Origin: an uncultured Candidatus Saccharibacteria bacterium
Lineage (GTDB): Bacteria; Patescibacteriota; Minisyncoccia; Phycocordibacterales; CSBR16-119
Length of the DNA: 64,000 nucleotides
Direction: 5' to 3'
NCBI GenBank assembly: GCA_964426385.1
Contig: CAYRQF010000001.1
Coordinates: 21,712-85,711 of the forward strand
Shown one piece after another: positions 27,801-37,944 of the stretch. Made by a program: the position numbers and the translations under genes. The notes below the pieces were generated by a model. It saw nothing but the letters and a program-made list of their open reading frames with translations. It was not told the origin of the DNA and made no database searches. How positions within the stretch are numbered: the stretch's first letter is position 1; every line of letters starts with the position of its first letter.

Positions 27801-28871
27801 ATGAAAATCGAAGAAAATATTTCTCTACGAGAATACACAACTTTTAAAATCGGCGGACCCGCTAGGTATTTTGTGAGCGTTGATAATACGGAAGATATTT
27901 CAGAGATTGTTAAGTTTGCGAAAGAAAATAATCTAAAGATTTTTGTTTTAGGCGGTGGCTCGAACATTGTCGTGAGTGACCAGGGATTTGATGGCCTAGT
28001 TATCCATCCTACGATGAGAGGCATACAGATAGTATCTGAAGACGATAAAAAAGTAGTTTTGAAACTTGGCGCTGGAGAGAGTTGGGATGAGGCAGTTGCT
28101 TATGTGGTGGAGCAGGGTTGGTGGGGAATAGAGAATCTCTCACACATCCCAGGGAACTCTGCAGCGGTTGTGGTCCAGAACGTGGGCGCTTATGGCGAAG
28201 AGATCAGCTCAGTTTTCAAATCAGTCGAAGTGTTTGATATGGGGACAGCGAAACTCCGCAGTCTCACTCGAGCTGAATGCAAGTTCACATATCGTCATAG
28301 TATTTTTAACACGACACACAAGAACAAGTTCATCATACTCTCTGTGACACTAGAGCTTAGCAAGAGACCGAATCCGATTTTGACATACAGCGATGTCAAA
28401 AAATATTTTGAAGAGAATCCAACCATAGAACCAACACTTGCAGAAATAAGAAAAGCAATCATCACGATTCGCGATAGGAAATTCCCATTTCCTAGGTCTG
28501 CTGTAAACGGTAGCGCCGGATCATTCTTCCGAGGACCGATTATTACCAAAGGAAAGCTCGAGGAGATAAAGGAGAAGATAAAAAACGAGTTCGGTGATGA
28601 ATCTGCAAATCGCATTCCGAAAATGAAAGATAGTTTGCAAGTTCTCCAGGGTTACAAAACACCGACAGCATTTCTCATTGAACATGCGGGACTACGAGGG
28701 TTCCAGATAGGTGGAGTCAAGGTTCATGATGTTCAGCCAGCTATAGTTTTGAACGCTACGGGTACTGCATCGTCAGAGGATATTATGAATCTGGCAGAGC
28801 ATGTACGAGCGACTGTAAAAGACAAATTTGGTGTAGAATTGGAAATAGAGCCGGAACTTATTGGTTTTTAG
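27801..28871 (+). CDS. murB: UDP-N-acetylenolpyruvoylglucosamine reductase
   Basis: FAD-binding N-terminus LREYTTFKIGGPARYF...LGGGSN. Confidence 0.85.
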   Translation: MKIEENISLREYTTFKIGGPARYFVSVDNTEDISEIVKFAKENNLKIFVLGGGSNIVVSDQGFDGLVIHPTMRGIQIVSEDDKKVVLKLGAGESWDEAVAYVVEQGWWGIENLSHIPGNSAAVVVQNVGAYGEEISSVFKSVEVFDMGTAKLRSLTRAECKFTYRHSIFNTTHKNKFIILSVTLELSKRPNPILTYSDVKKYFEENPTIEPTLAEIRKAIITIRDRKFPFPRSAVNGSAGSFFRGPIITKGKLEEIKEKIKNEFGDESANRIPKMKDSLQVLQGYKTPTAFLIEHAGLRGFQIGGVKVHDVQPAIVLNATGTASSEDIMNLAEHVRATVKDKFGVELEIEPELIGF

Positions 28872-30315
28872 GCTTGCATCTATGATTCTAAAGGATTTGA
28901 TAATCGATTTACACCCTCTTTCAGTAGAAGGTGACGTCGAAATAGAGGTAAAACATATAACTCTCGATTCTCGCACCGCTGGTCCAGGCAGTCTTTTCTT
29001 TGCCGTTCGTGGTGTGAAAGTTGATGGACATGATTTCATAAATGAGGTTATCACTCACGGCGCGACTACTATAGTGTGCGAAGTTATCCCAGAGAATACA
29101 TATAAAGGAGTAACTTATATCAAGGTTTCAAAAGTAAGCGAGTGTGTCGGGATAATCGCCTCGGCTTTTTATGGGCACCCATCACTTGAACTAATCATTG
29201 TTGGAGTGACAGGTACGAATGGCAAGACCACCATCGCGACAACACTATATGAATTGTTTACGAAGCTTGGCCACAAATCAGGACTCATATCTACTGTTGA
29301 GAATAAGATCGGCAGTGACATAATCCCAGCCACTCACACCACACCGGACGCTATCTCTCTACAGGAGCATCTACGTAAAATGTCTGACGCTGACTGTAAA
29401 TATGTTTTTATGGAAGTGAGTTCGCATGCGGTGGATCAGGGTAGGATAAAAAATATATATTTCCTTGGCGGTATTTTTACCAACCTAACTCAGGATCACC
29501 TCGACTATCACAAAACGATGGGTGAGTACGCAGGAGCAAAAAAGGCATTTTTCGATAGTTTGCCTGAGACAGCATTTGCTCTTGCAAATATAGATGACGA
29601 ATATGGTGAGTTTATGATCAAAGATTCGATGGCTACACATATTACTTATGCCGAAGGTAAAGGAGATTTTGCTTTCACGATAAAAGACTCTACATCTGCT
29701 GGCATGACACTAACTATAAAAGATACCAGTGTTAGTTCGCCTCTCGTTGGAAAATTTAACGCGTATAATCTTACTGCCATATTTGCAACGGCAGTACTTC
29801 TCGATCAGCCGAGCGATAAAGTGGCGAGCGCACTTGGTGGTCTTACTGGCGCACGGGGTCGAATGGAGAAGATTCTAGGCGCTAGTGGCAAAATCGGTAT
29901 CGTTGATTATGCTCACACGCCTGACGCTCTCGAGAACGCTCTAACAACAGTGAATAATTTCAAAGGCACAAATAAAGTTATCACGGTATTCGGTGCCGGA
30001 GGAGATAGGGACAAAGGCAAGCGTCCTCTGATGGGTGCTATCGCAAGTAGTCTCTCGGACATAGCGATAGTTACATCGGATAATCCACGAACGGAGAATC
30101 CAGAAAGTATAATAGTAGACATTGTCGCTGGGGTTTCAGATAGGAAAAATATAGAGATAATCCCTGATCGCGAAGATGCCATCAGGCGTGCAGTGGAAAT
30201 AGCTGGAAGCGGGGATATAATATTGGTTGCAGGCAAAGGTCATGAGAACTATCAGGAGGTAAACGGTGTTAAGTCTCACTTTTCTGACAATGAGGTTCTA
30301 AAAAAATATCTATGA
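28861..30315 (+). CDS. murE: UDP-N-acetylmuramoyl-tripeptide synthetase (Mur ligase, MurE-type)
   Basis: DSRTAGPGSLFFAVRGVKVDGHDF N-terminus; P-loop GVTGTNGKTT; overlaps murB by 11 nt. Confidence 0.8.
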   Translation: MVFRLASMILKDLIIDLHPLSVEGDVEIEVKHITLDSRTAGPGSLFFAVRGVKVDGHDFINEVITHGATTIVCEVIPENTYKGVTYIKVSKVSECVGIIASAFYGHPSLELIIVGVTGTNGKTTIATTLYELFTKLGHKSGLISTVENKIGSDIIPATHTTPDAISLQEHLRKMSDADCKYVFMEVSSHAVDQGRIKNIYFLGGIFTNLTQDHLDYHKTMGEYAGAKKAFFDSLPETAFALANIDDEYGEFMIKDSMATHITYAEGKGDFAFTIKDSTSAGMTLTIKDTSVSSPLVGKFNAYNLTAIFATAVLLDQPSDKVASALGGLTGARGRMEKILGASGKIGIVDYAHTPDALENALTTVNNFKGTNKVITVFGAGGDRDKGKRPLMGAIASSLSDIAIVTSDNPRTENPESIIVDIVAGVSDRKNIEIIPDREDAIRRAVEIAGSGDIILVAGKGHENYQEVNGVKSHFSDNEVLKKYL

Positions 30316-31637
30316 TAGATCAAAACTACAAAGAGTTCCTGGCTAGTAAACGGGTGACAATAATGGGCCTCGGTCTTCTCGGTCGAGGGCTTAACGACGC
30401 CAAGTTTCTGGCAAAGTACTGTGCCGAAGTTCTTGTTACCGATCTCAAATCCGCCGAAGATCTAAAGAATTCTGTTTCCGAGCTGGAAGATCTGCCAAAT
30501 ATCAAATTTGTCCTAGGGGAACACCGATTATGTGATTTCCGTAAGCGTGACTTCATCCTAAAAGCTGCGGGGGTTCCTCTCGATTCAGAATATATCGCTC
30601 ATGCAAAAGAAAACGGTGTTCCTGTGTATATGGATGAGGCACTTTTCGTAATGCTTGCACCCAAGATTATGACTATAGGAGTGACCGGTACGCGTGGTAA
30701 GACGACAACGACGATGATGATTGATTCCATACTTTCTGCCTCAGGCAAGGGGTATTTTATCGGTGGCAATATCCGTGGCCTCGCGACTCTACCACTTCTC
30801 GAGGAGGTAAAAGGGGGCGATACAGTTCTAATGGAACTGTCATCATGGCAACTCCAGGGCTTCGGCGATCTATCTATGAGTCCTGACATAGGAGTATTTA
30901 CTAACTTTTATGACGACCATTTCAACTACTACAAGTCTGACACTGAAGCGTACTTCAACGACAAGTCATTCGTCTACAAATTCCAGAAGCCGTCCGACTC
31001 TATAATCTTTGGATCGGATATCATGGATCATTTCAAACAGCGAATCGTGCTCGCATCATCCGAGAAACACGAGATCAGTGCTTCAGATCTGCCAGCAGAT
31101 GTCGTATTGAAAATCCCAGGTGAGCACAATCGTTTCAACGCAGCCCTCGCCTGGAAGGTGGCTGAGACACTCGGTATCTCGCCCGAGGTCAGGAAGCGAG
31201 GCCTCGAATCCTTTACCGGCGTGCCTGGGAGACTCGAGCTTGTGCGTGTCACACACGGAATATCCTTTTATAACGACACCACGGCCACCACACCTGATGC
31301 TACGGTGAACGCCATCGAGGCACTAAAAGACAAGGGTCCGATTATTCTCATCATGGGTGGTTTCGACAAGGGCCTCGATATGCATATGATTTTCGACAGT
31401 GTATCCGTGGTGAAGAAAATAGTCCTTCTTCCTGGTACAGGTTCTGATTCGATTGTGGGCAAAGGCCTCACAAACTATGAAAAAGTCTCGAGTCTCCAAG
31501 AGGCGATTGACAAAGCGATGACTCTGGCAGATGCTGGAGATATAGTTCTTATGAGTCCAGCATTTGCCTCGTTCGGGTTATTCAAGAACGAATTCGACAG
31601 AGGAGATCAGTTCGACGCGATAGTAAAATCAATATGA
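30312..31637 (+). CDS. murD: UDP-N-acetylmuramoylalanine--D-glutamate ligase
   Basis: Rossmann N-terminus VTIMGLGLLGRG; P-loop GVTGTRGKTTTT; 4-nt overlap with murE. Confidence 0.8.
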   Translation: MIDQNYKEFLASKRVTIMGLGLLGRGLNDAKFLAKYCAEVLVTDLKSAEDLKNSVSELEDLPNIKFVLGEHRLCDFRKRDFILKAAGVPLDSEYIAHAKENGVPVYMDEALFVMLAPKIMTIGVTGTRGKTTTTMMIDSILSASGKGYFIGGNIRGLATLPLLEEVKGGDTVLMELSSWQLQGFGDLSMSPDIGVFTNFYDDHFNYYKSDTEAYFNDKSFVYKFQKPSDSIIFGSDIMDHFKQRIVLASSEKHEISASDLPADVVLKIPGEHNRFNAALAWKVAETLGISPEVRKRGLESFTGVPGRLELVRVTHGISFYNDTTATTPDATVNAIEALKDKGPIILIMGGFDKGLDMHMIFDSVSVVKKIVLLPGTGSDSIVGKGLTNYEKVSSLQEAIDKAMTLADAGDIVLMSPAFASFGLFKNEFDRGDQFDAIVKSI

Positions 31638-32941
31638 TAGAGAATTTCGATAATTTCAAAAAAATATATTTCGCCGGTGTTGGCGGTATTGGTATTTCAG
31701 CCGTAGCACGCCTCATGATAGCTGATGGCAAGGAGGTCTGGGGTTCTGATATGGCAGCGTCGACCGTGACTAACGAGCTCGAGAAAATCGGCGTCAAATT
31801 CCAAACCGGGCAGAATGTCGACCAGATCCCTAGAGACACTGATCTCGTCATCTACTCGATCGCTCTCGATGAGCTCGATCCTAATTTCATGTCAGCGCTA
31901 AAGGAAAAATTCCCGAATCATATGTCCTACCCGGAATCTTTGGCGATTATCTCAAAGAATAAAAAAACTATCGCTATAACCGGTACTCACGGCAAGACGA
32001 CAACGACATCCATGATCGCTACAGCGATGAAAGATCTCGGATTCGACCCGACTGTTATTGTCGGAAGTCTCCTCAAAGAGTGGAACAGTAACTTTCTCCC
32101 GGGTACGAGTGAGTATTTTGTTGTTGAGGGGTGTGAGTACAAGAAATCATTTTTGAATCTGCATCCATATATCCTAGTTATCACAAATATCGAAGAAGAT
32201 CACCTCGACTATTATAAAAATCTACAGAATATAAAAGATGCATTCCGCGAACTTGCCGAGCGTGTGCCGACAGATGGATACATCATCACTGACCTGGGTA
32301 ATCCAAATGTAGCCGAGGTTGTGGCTGGGCTCCAGTGTCACATTATCGATTATCGTGACGCTGATGTTGACGGTGTTGGCCTGGTCAAGATGCCAGGGGA
32401 GCATAACAGGAGTAATGCTCGAGTTGCCATGTCTGTCCTGCAGGCACTTGGGGCGAACACATCTGGGGTCAAGAATTCCCTCAGTAACTTCTCCGGTGTC
32501 TGGCGTAGGTTCGAGTACATCGGCAGGATGAAAACTGGTGCTCTCGTCTACGACGATTATGCCCATCACCCGACAGAGATCAAGGCGTTTCTCCGAGGAG
32601 CACGCGGAGCTTTTGTTGGCAAGAAAATCATCGCTATATTTCAGCCACACCTTTTTTCTAGGACCAAGGATTTTCTCGACGATTTCTCCCATTCGTTCGA
32701 GAATGCTGATGAGGTAATCATCCTTCCGATATACAAAGCGAGGGAAATAGATAACGGAGAGGTTTCTTCTGGAATGCTCGTCGAAAAGATTAGAAATACC
32801 GGCAAGCATGTCGATCTCATGACGAGCTTCGCTGACGTCGTCGAATACTTGAACTCCAAAAGCCATGAGAATACGATCATCGCAACCATCGGTGCAGGTG
32901 AGACGAACATTCTCGCTACTCAACTAGTTGAATCAGTATGA
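31634..32941 (+). CDS. murC: UDP-N-acetylmuramate--L-alanine ligase
   Basis: IYFAGVGGIGISAVARLM signature; P-loop AITGTHGKTTTT. Confidence 0.8.
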   Translation: MIENFDNFKKIYFAGVGGIGISAVARLMIADGKEVWGSDMAASTVTNELEKIGVKFQTGQNVDQIPRDTDLVIYSIALDELDPNFMSALKEKFPNHMSYPESLAIISKNKKTIAITGTHGKTTTTSMIATAMKDLGFDPTVIVGSLLKEWNSNFLPGTSEYFVVEGCEYKKSFLNLHPYILVITNIEEDHLDYYKNLQNIKDAFRELAERVPTDGYIITDLGNPNVAEVVAGLQCHIIDYRDADVDGVGLVKMPGEHNRSNARVAMSVLQALGANTSGVKNSLSNFSGVWRRFEYIGRMKTGALVYDDYAHHPTEIKAFLRGARGAFVGKKIIAIFQPHLFSRTKDFLDDFSHSFENADEVIILPIYKAREIDNGEVSSGMLVEKIRNTGKHVDLMTSFADVVEYLNSKSHENTIIATIGAGETNILATQLVESV

Positions 32942-34221
32942 CCCTAGAGAATCTCTACAAAGTGTTCGCAGAGAAGAGTCTGTCGGTGTCTATAGATACT
33001 CGTTCTATTCAACCTGGCGATATATTCTTTGGTATTAAGGGGGACACTTTTGATGGTAATACTTTCGCCATAGAGGCACTCAACAAGGGAGCCAGTTTCG
33101 TTGTCTCTGAAAGTCGTGACATGCCGATGGATGATAGATGTGTCCTTGTTGAAGACTCCCTGAAGTCTCTCCAGGAGTTCGCTTCGATTCATCGAGAGCA
33201 TTTGGATATCCCGATTATCGCCATCACTGGATCGAATGGTAAGACAACTACCAAAGAGCTCACCAGGGTTGTGCTCGATAAGAAATACAAAGTATGTGCG
33301 AGTCCGGCAAGTTTCAACAATCATATCGGCGTACCTCTCACTATCCTCGCTATCAAGTCGGAGCATCAAATAGTGGTTCTAGAGATGGGGGATAACCACG
33401 AGGGTGAGATCGCAAGACTCTGTGAGATCGCGCGTCCGACACACGGACTCATCACTAACATCGGGCGAGACCATATCGGCGAGGCTGGAGGATACGAAGC
33501 GAATATTAGAGCCAAGCTTGAACTTTACGAATACTTCAAAAGTTCTGGCAGTGTTAATTTCCTCAACAATGATGATCCGATGTTGGTGAAGAATTCCCTG
33601 GAATTAAACAATAGTAAGTATGCTGTGGGAGAGATCATCGATGCAAAGGATCTGCTTGTTATCAGAATCGATGGACAAGAAATAAAAACTAAATTCATTG
33701 GCGGGTATAATATCGATAACTTTATCGCTGCATACACGATAGGGAAATACTTCGAAGTTCCGACAGAAGACATCATTTCAGCGCTTGAAAGTTACGAGCC
33801 GAAGAATAACCGCTCGCAGAAGATTGAGTCTGGAACGAATACGATAATCATGGATGCATATAATGCCAACCCTGACAGCATGAAACTCGCACTCGAGAAC
33901 TTCGCGCTAATGAAAACTGACAAGAAAAAGGTCGTAATCCTCGGCGATATGTTTGATATGGGTGAGTTTGCTAGCGATATGCATAAAGAGATTATGGTTT
34001 TAGCTGAAACCCTCGAGTTCGACCATCGGTATTTTGTCGGTGCAGAATTTTACAAAATTCTTTGCGAGGGTGCTCCAATGTTTGGAGATGAGATTTTGTT
34101 TGAAAAAGTAGATGATTTGATCAAGTATCTTAGAGAAAATAAAATGGAAAACTCATTCATTCTCCTCAAAGGCTCTCGAGGAATGGCACTTGAAAAAATA
34201 TTGAAAGAAAATCTTCTGTAA
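32938..34221 (+). CDS. murF: UDP-N-acetylmuramoyl-tripeptide--D-alanyl-D-alanine ligase
   Basis: DTRSIQPGDIFFGIKGDTFDGNTF; P-loop AITGSNGKTTTK; last of the mur-ligase run. Confidence 0.8.
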   Translation: MTLENLYKVFAEKSLSVSIDTRSIQPGDIFFGIKGDTFDGNTFAIEALNKGASFVVSESRDMPMDDRCVLVEDSLKSLQEFASIHREHLDIPIIAITGSNGKTTTKELTRVVLDKKYKVCASPASFNNHIGVPLTILAIKSEHQIVVLEMGDNHEGEIARLCEIARPTHGLITNIGRDHIGEAGGYEANIRAKLELYEYFKSSGSVNFLNNDDPMLVKNSLELNNSKYAVGEIIDAKDLLVIRIDGQEIKTKFIGGYNIDNFIAAYTIGKYFEVPTEDIISALESYEPKNNRSQKIESGTNTIIMDAYNANPDSMKLALENFALMKTDKKKVVILGDMFDMGEFASDMHKEIMVLAETLEFDHRYFVGAEFYKILCEGAPMFGDEILFEKVDDLIKYLRENKMENSFILLKGSRGMALEKILKENLL

Positions 34222-34226
34222 AAAAG

Positions 34227-34265
34227 AAACCGCCCGAAAGCCAAGCGGCTCTCTGGGCGGTCGTT
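34227..34265. terminator. bidirectional terminator ACCGCCC-loop-GGGCGGT between murF and a convergent small gene
   Basis: 7-bp GC stem with long loop. Confidence 0.4.
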
Positions 34266-34268
34266 GCT

Positions 34269-34520
34269 TTATGCTACTATCACACGCTTACGGCGTATTT
34301 CGGAACCGATCACTACGGCCGATACCAGAAGCAGGCAGGTGGCGATCTTGAAACTCATGCCGGCTGCACGCAGATCTCGGTTCACCGCCAGTTCGTGGTG
34401 GTGTATGGCGACGAAGCCATAATCCTTTCCCGGGCGCTGCATCTTCTTGATGCCACCGATGGTTCCGAGGATGCTGAGGGAGAGGAAGATGCCGAGCAGG
34501 ACTTTGTTGTGGGTTTGCAT
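34269..34520 (-). CDS. small GC-rich two-TM membrane protein (about 83 aa)
   Basis: MQTHNKVLLGIFLSLSILGTIGG... two hydrophobic helices; local GC clearly above flanks; antisense RH-rich ORF 34288..34551 judged spurious. Confidence 0.3.
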   Translation of the reverse strand: MQTHNKVLLGIFLSLSILGTIGGIKKMQRPGKDYGFVAIHHHELAVNRDLRAAGMSFKIATCLLLVSAVVIGSEIRRKRVIVA

Positions 34521-34612
34521 GATGTACAGGTTTATAGGTATATAATACCACTTATTATAGTAAAAGTCAAGAGTATATAGCCCTATATTAAAAATGCTAT
34601 ACTCGGGTTTAC

Positions 34613-35626
34613 ATGGCATTTTTCTCGAAAAAAATCGGCATTGATTTGGGCACGGCTAATATATTGGTTTTTTTGCCTGGCAAAGGCGTCGTGTTGAACG
34701 AGCCATCTGTTGTCGCTGTCTCAGAGCAGGACAACAAGATTCTCGCCATTGGCGAAGAGGCCAAACAAATGATCGGCCGAACTCCTGACAATATCGTCGC
34801 TCATAGACCGATGAAAGACGGTGTCATCGCCGACTACCGCATGACTGAGGCGATGCTGAAATATTTCATCGGCAAAGCTCTAGGACCGTTCTCACTCTGG
34901 AAGCCTGATGTCATGGTCTCGGTTCCGGCAGGTGTCACCTCGACCGAACGACGCGCAGTCGTCGAGGCCACTATGAAAGCTGGTGCGAAGAACGCATATA
35001 TTGTGAAGGAACCGATTCTCGCCGCCATTGGCGCCGGTATCCCTATATACGAGCCTCGCGGACACATGATCGTCGATATCGGCGGAGGCACAACTGACGT
35101 AGCGGTGATATGTCTCGGTGGAATAGTCGCCTCGAACTCGGTCAAAGTGGCCGGGGATAAGATAGACGTAGCTATCGCCGACTATATCAAGAAAACTTTC
35201 AACCTCGCCATCGGAGACCGCACCGCAGAGCAAGTGAAGATCAAGATCGGTTCAGCTGTGATAATGGAGGAACCTCTCCTCGCTACTATCAAAGGCCGTG
35301 ACTTCGTCCAGGGGCTTCCACGTACTGCTCAGGTCACGACGAACGAGATAGTCAAAGCTATCGACAAAGAACTCCGTGCGATAGTGAAAGCGATCAAAGA
35401 CGTTTTGCAGGAAACTCCACCAGAGCTCGCATCAGATATTATCGACCACGGTATAATACTCACAGGTGGATCGTCGCTAATACGTAACTTACCGGAACTC
35501 ATATATCAGAAGACGGGAGTGAAAGCCCGCGTTGCTGATGAGCCACTTTATTGTGTTGTCAGAGGAACCGGTGTCGCGCTCGATCACCTAGATACATACA
35601 AACGTTCGATTATTTCTAAGAGATAG
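34613..35626 (+). CDS. mreB: rod-shape-determining actin homolog MreB
   Basis: IGIDLGTANILVF and DIGGGTTDVAV phosphate motifs; 337 aa. Confidence 0.9.
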   Translation: MAFFSKKIGIDLGTANILVFLPGKGVVLNEPSVVAVSEQDNKILAIGEEAKQMIGRTPDNIVAHRPMKDGVIADYRMTEAMLKYFIGKALGPFSLWKPDVMVSVPAGVTSTERRAVVEATMKAGAKNAYIVKEPILAAIGAGIPIYEPRGHMIVDIGGGTTDVAVICLGGIVASNSVKVAGDKIDVAIADYIKKTFNLAIGDRTAEQVKIKIGSAVIMEEPLLATIKGRDFVQGLPRTAQVTTNEIVKAIDKELRAIVKAIKDVLQETPPELASDIIDHGIILTGGSSLIRNLPELIYQKTGVKARVADEPLYCVVRGTGVALDHLDTYKRSIISKR

Positions 35627-35632
35627 GAACTT

Positions 35633-35752
35633 GTCCCGTTAGAGATGTTTTGTTAAAAATATTAGATCAAAGAAATAAATCAATGATTGTCGATTACTTA
35701 CAAAATATTAATCTGGGTATGCAAACGAAAGTTTGCTATCTCTAACGGGATG
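35633..35752 (+). promoter_or_regulatory. leader element with long-range inverted repeat GTCCCGTTAGAGATG ... CTATCTCTAACGGG abutting the holB ATG
   Basis: Left arm 35633-35647, right arm 35735-35749, ATG 35750; same architecture upstream of grpE and frr. Confidence 0.6.
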
Positions 35753-36415
35753 CAAATTATAAAAGAAGGCCTCAATCATCATGCGTATCTGATCGAAGGT
35801 GATATCGAGCTCTCTTATGCTGAACTGGTCCGCTCTCTCGAGGGACTCGGTTATCCGACTGCGGGTAACCCTGATATATTCATCAAAGATTATGAGAACC
35901 TCCTCATCGATCACGCTCGCGAGATCAAGGACTTTCAGAGTGAGTCGGCGAGTGCGAAGAATAAGAAGAAAATAATTATTCTAAAAACTCTCTCGTTTTC
36001 ATACCCAGCCCAGAATGCACTGCTGAAGGTTTTTGAAGAGCCTCGTCCAGGCGTCGTATTCTTCCTCCTGATGCCAGATACGACGAAACTTTATCCGACA
36101 CTTCGCTCCAGACTACAGTCGACGATAGGGGAGTACGCACCGGCAGATAGTCTGAAAAAGGATGCCAAGGTTTTTCTGAGTGCGAGTATCAAAGACCGTC
36201 TCGACTTCATAAAAAAGTTCACTGATGTCGAGTCCAAGCCCGCGCTCAAGGATAAGGCACTGAAGTTTCTCAATATGATTGAACATGAGATATCGCTCCG
36301 TAATACTTTGGTAGACAAAGAGAAGTGTCAGGATGTATATCTCGCCAAGAAATATATCGGTGATCAGGGTTCTAGTCCGAAGATACTCCTAGAGCATTTG
36401 GCTGTTACTCTCTAG
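35750..36415 (+). CDS. holB: DNA polymerase III delta-prime subunit-like (clamp-loader)
   Basis: NALLKVFEEPRPGVVFFLL...PTLRSR matches the delta-prime / gamma-tau sensor region; start at internal Met 35750. Confidence 0.65.
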   Translation: MQIIKEGLNHHAYLIEGDIELSYAELVRSLEGLGYPTAGNPDIFIKDYENLLIDHAREIKDFQSESASAKNKKKIIILKTLSFSYPAQNALLKVFEEPRPGVVFFLLMPDTTKLYPTLRSRLQSTIGEYAPADSLKKDAKVFLSASIKDRLDFIKKFTDVESKPALKDKALKFLNMIEHEISLRNTLVDKEKCQDVYLAKKYIGDQGSSPKILLEHLAVTL

Positions 36416-36433
36416 CACCACACATTTACACAC

Positions 36434-36461
36434 TTGACAAGTGTAAGGGAATTTATATAAT
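36434..36461 (+). promoter_or_regulatory. sigma70-type promoter TTGACA-N16-TATAAT overlapped by palindrome TTACACACTTGACAAGTGTAA (candidate operator)
   Basis: Consensus hexamers; -35 embedded in a 21-nt near-perfect palindrome. Confidence 0.5.
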
Positions 36462-36513
36462 ACTCCCATATCCGAACCATTCCGGTTTGGTAAAACCAAT
36501 CTGTCCTTTCAAC

Positions 36514-37098
36514 ATGAAGACGACCATCCTGTTGGCTGCGGTGCTCCTCGTGAGCTCCCCAGCGCTGGCGTGCCCCGATACGGGTCCGCCCATCGCTCCC
36601 ACGGAGCATAGTCAGAAGGAGAAGATGATCAACCGCACCGCTTGGGGCCTCCGGCCGCACATGGGCATCATCAAGATCGAGGTGAACGCCTTGCGCGACC
36701 TGCCGCTGCCGGACTTCGGCTACAGCCACTGGCTGACGCCGATGCCGTTCGATGTGGACTTCACGGAGAACCTGGCCATGAACCCTGACGTGGGATGGAC
36801 CAGCAGCTCGATCTACTATTGCAATTGCTACCTGATGAAGAGCGGCACCGGCGACACCGACGTGGGCATCAGCACCATGGCGTGGTACGACCTGATGAAG
36901 TTCAAGAGCATGGATATGGACGTGAGCAACCGGCCCGGCCTGGGTGCCTTCAAACAAAACGGTTTCAATTTGCGCGATCATGAATGTATCGCCCCGAACA
37001 CCGCTTTGCACTTGATGAGCCCCGCCGACAAGGTGAGCACCTACCGCCTCAGCAGCCCGCATCGCACTGTGATGCCGTGGCGAACGTGGCGGTGCTAG
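36514..37098 (+). CDS. secreted Cys-containing protein encoded on a GC-rich islet
   Basis: Signal peptide MKTTILLAAVLLVSSPALA; coding GC clearly elevated (estimated about 60%); overlapping antisense ORF 36412..37284 is an RH-rich GC artefact. Confidence 0.45.
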   Translation: MKTTILLAAVLLVSSPALACPDTGPPIAPTEHSQKEKMINRTAWGLRPHMGIIKIEVNALRDLPLPDFGYSHWLTPMPFDVDFTENLAMNPDVGWTSSSIYYCNCYLMKSGTGDTDVGISTMAWYDLMKFKSMDMDVSNRPGLGAFKQNGFNLRDHECIAPNTALHLMSPADKVSTYRLSSPHRTVMPWRTWRC

Positions 37099-37216
37099 CG
37101 AGCCCTCTGGCTGGTTAGCACCAACAACTTGCCGTTTTACCAAGCACCGAAGATGGCTCCTAGGCCCCGTAAGGTCTAGGAGCGCCATGAGGTCAAGGTA
37201 AGAGGACAACGGAATT

Positions 37217-37252
37217 ACGCCCCTGGCTTCGGCCAGGGGCGTTCCTTTTTTA
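37217..37252 (+). terminator. rho-independent terminator GCCCCTGGC-TTCG-GCCAGGGGC plus TTCCTTTTTT
   Basis: Perfect 9-bp stem plus T-run. Confidence 0.65.
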
Positions 37253-37285
37253 TAATCTCTTTTTCTGCTAAAATGGTGGAACAAC

Positions 37286-37389
37286 GTCCCGATAGTGATT
37301 ATTATCGGGATGAGGGCAATTATTTAGAATTAGACTTTTATTTGATAGTCTGTAATCGTATAGATTAATCAATAATCACTATCGGGATG
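37286..37389 (+). promoter_or_regulatory. leader element with 16-nt perfect inverted repeat CCCGATAGTGATTATT ... AATAATCACTATCGGG abutting the frr ATG
   Basis: Left arm 37288-37303, right arm 37371-37386, ATG 37387; the left arm is also followed by ATCGGGATG. Confidence 0.6.
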
Positions 37390-37941
37390 ATATACAACTT
37401 TTCCACTTTCAAGGACGCAATAGAAAAAACCCGCGAATGGCTCAGCCGGGAGTATTCGTCGATACATACAGGTCAGGCGAGTCCGAACGTTCTAGACGGT
37501 ATCAGTGTTGACTCTTATGGTACGAAACAACCACTTCGAAACGTCGCCTCTATATCTATCGAAGATCCGAAAACTCTCCGCGTCATTCCTTGGGATAAAC
37601 AGCAGGTCAAAGAGATCGAGAAGGAAATCCAGACTTCTGATCTCGGACTATCTGTTGCTGTCGATCAGACGGGACTTCGCGTGATTTTCCCGATGCTTAC
37701 GACCGAGAATCGCGAGAAGTTGGTCAAAGTTATCAAGTCTAAGCTCGAGGATGCGCGCGTCTCGATCAAAAAAGAGCGTGAGAATGTCGTTCGTGAGATA
37801 GACCGCATGGCTCGCGAGGGCGAGATGTCCGAGGACGAGAAAGAGAAGAGCAAGGCCGATCTCCAGACTTTGGTGAACAGTGGTAACGCCAAGCTCGAAG
37901 AAGTATTCAACGCCAAAGAAGCTATCGTAATGGGCAAATAA
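37387..37941 (+). CDS. frr: ribosome recycling factor
   Basis: 184 aa; RRF signature region (VIPWDKQQVKEIEKEIQTSDLGL) and acidic/basic coiled-coil C-terminus. Confidence 0.85.
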   Translation: MIYNFSTFKDAIEKTREWLSREYSSIHTGQASPNVLDGISVDSYGTKQPLRNVASISIEDPKTLRVIPWDKQQVKEIEKEIQTSDLGLSVAVDQTGLRVIFPMLTTENREKLVKVIKSKLEDARVSIKKERENVVREIDRMAREGEMSEDEKEKSKADLQTLVNSGNAKLEEVFNAKEAIVMGK

Positions 37942-37944
37942 TCC

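Noticed and set aside
34288-34551. 87-aa minus-strand ORF (RH-rich) overlapping the small membrane-protein gene
   Set aside because: Composition-driven phantom ORF in a GC-rich patch, in an alternative frame to the more plausible two-TM protein.
36412-37284. 290-aa minus-strand ORF overlapping the GC-rich secreted-protein gene
   Set aside because: R/H/A/V-rich composition typical of antisense frames in high-GC DNA; no start context; the plus-strand ORF has a signal peptide, promoter and terminator.
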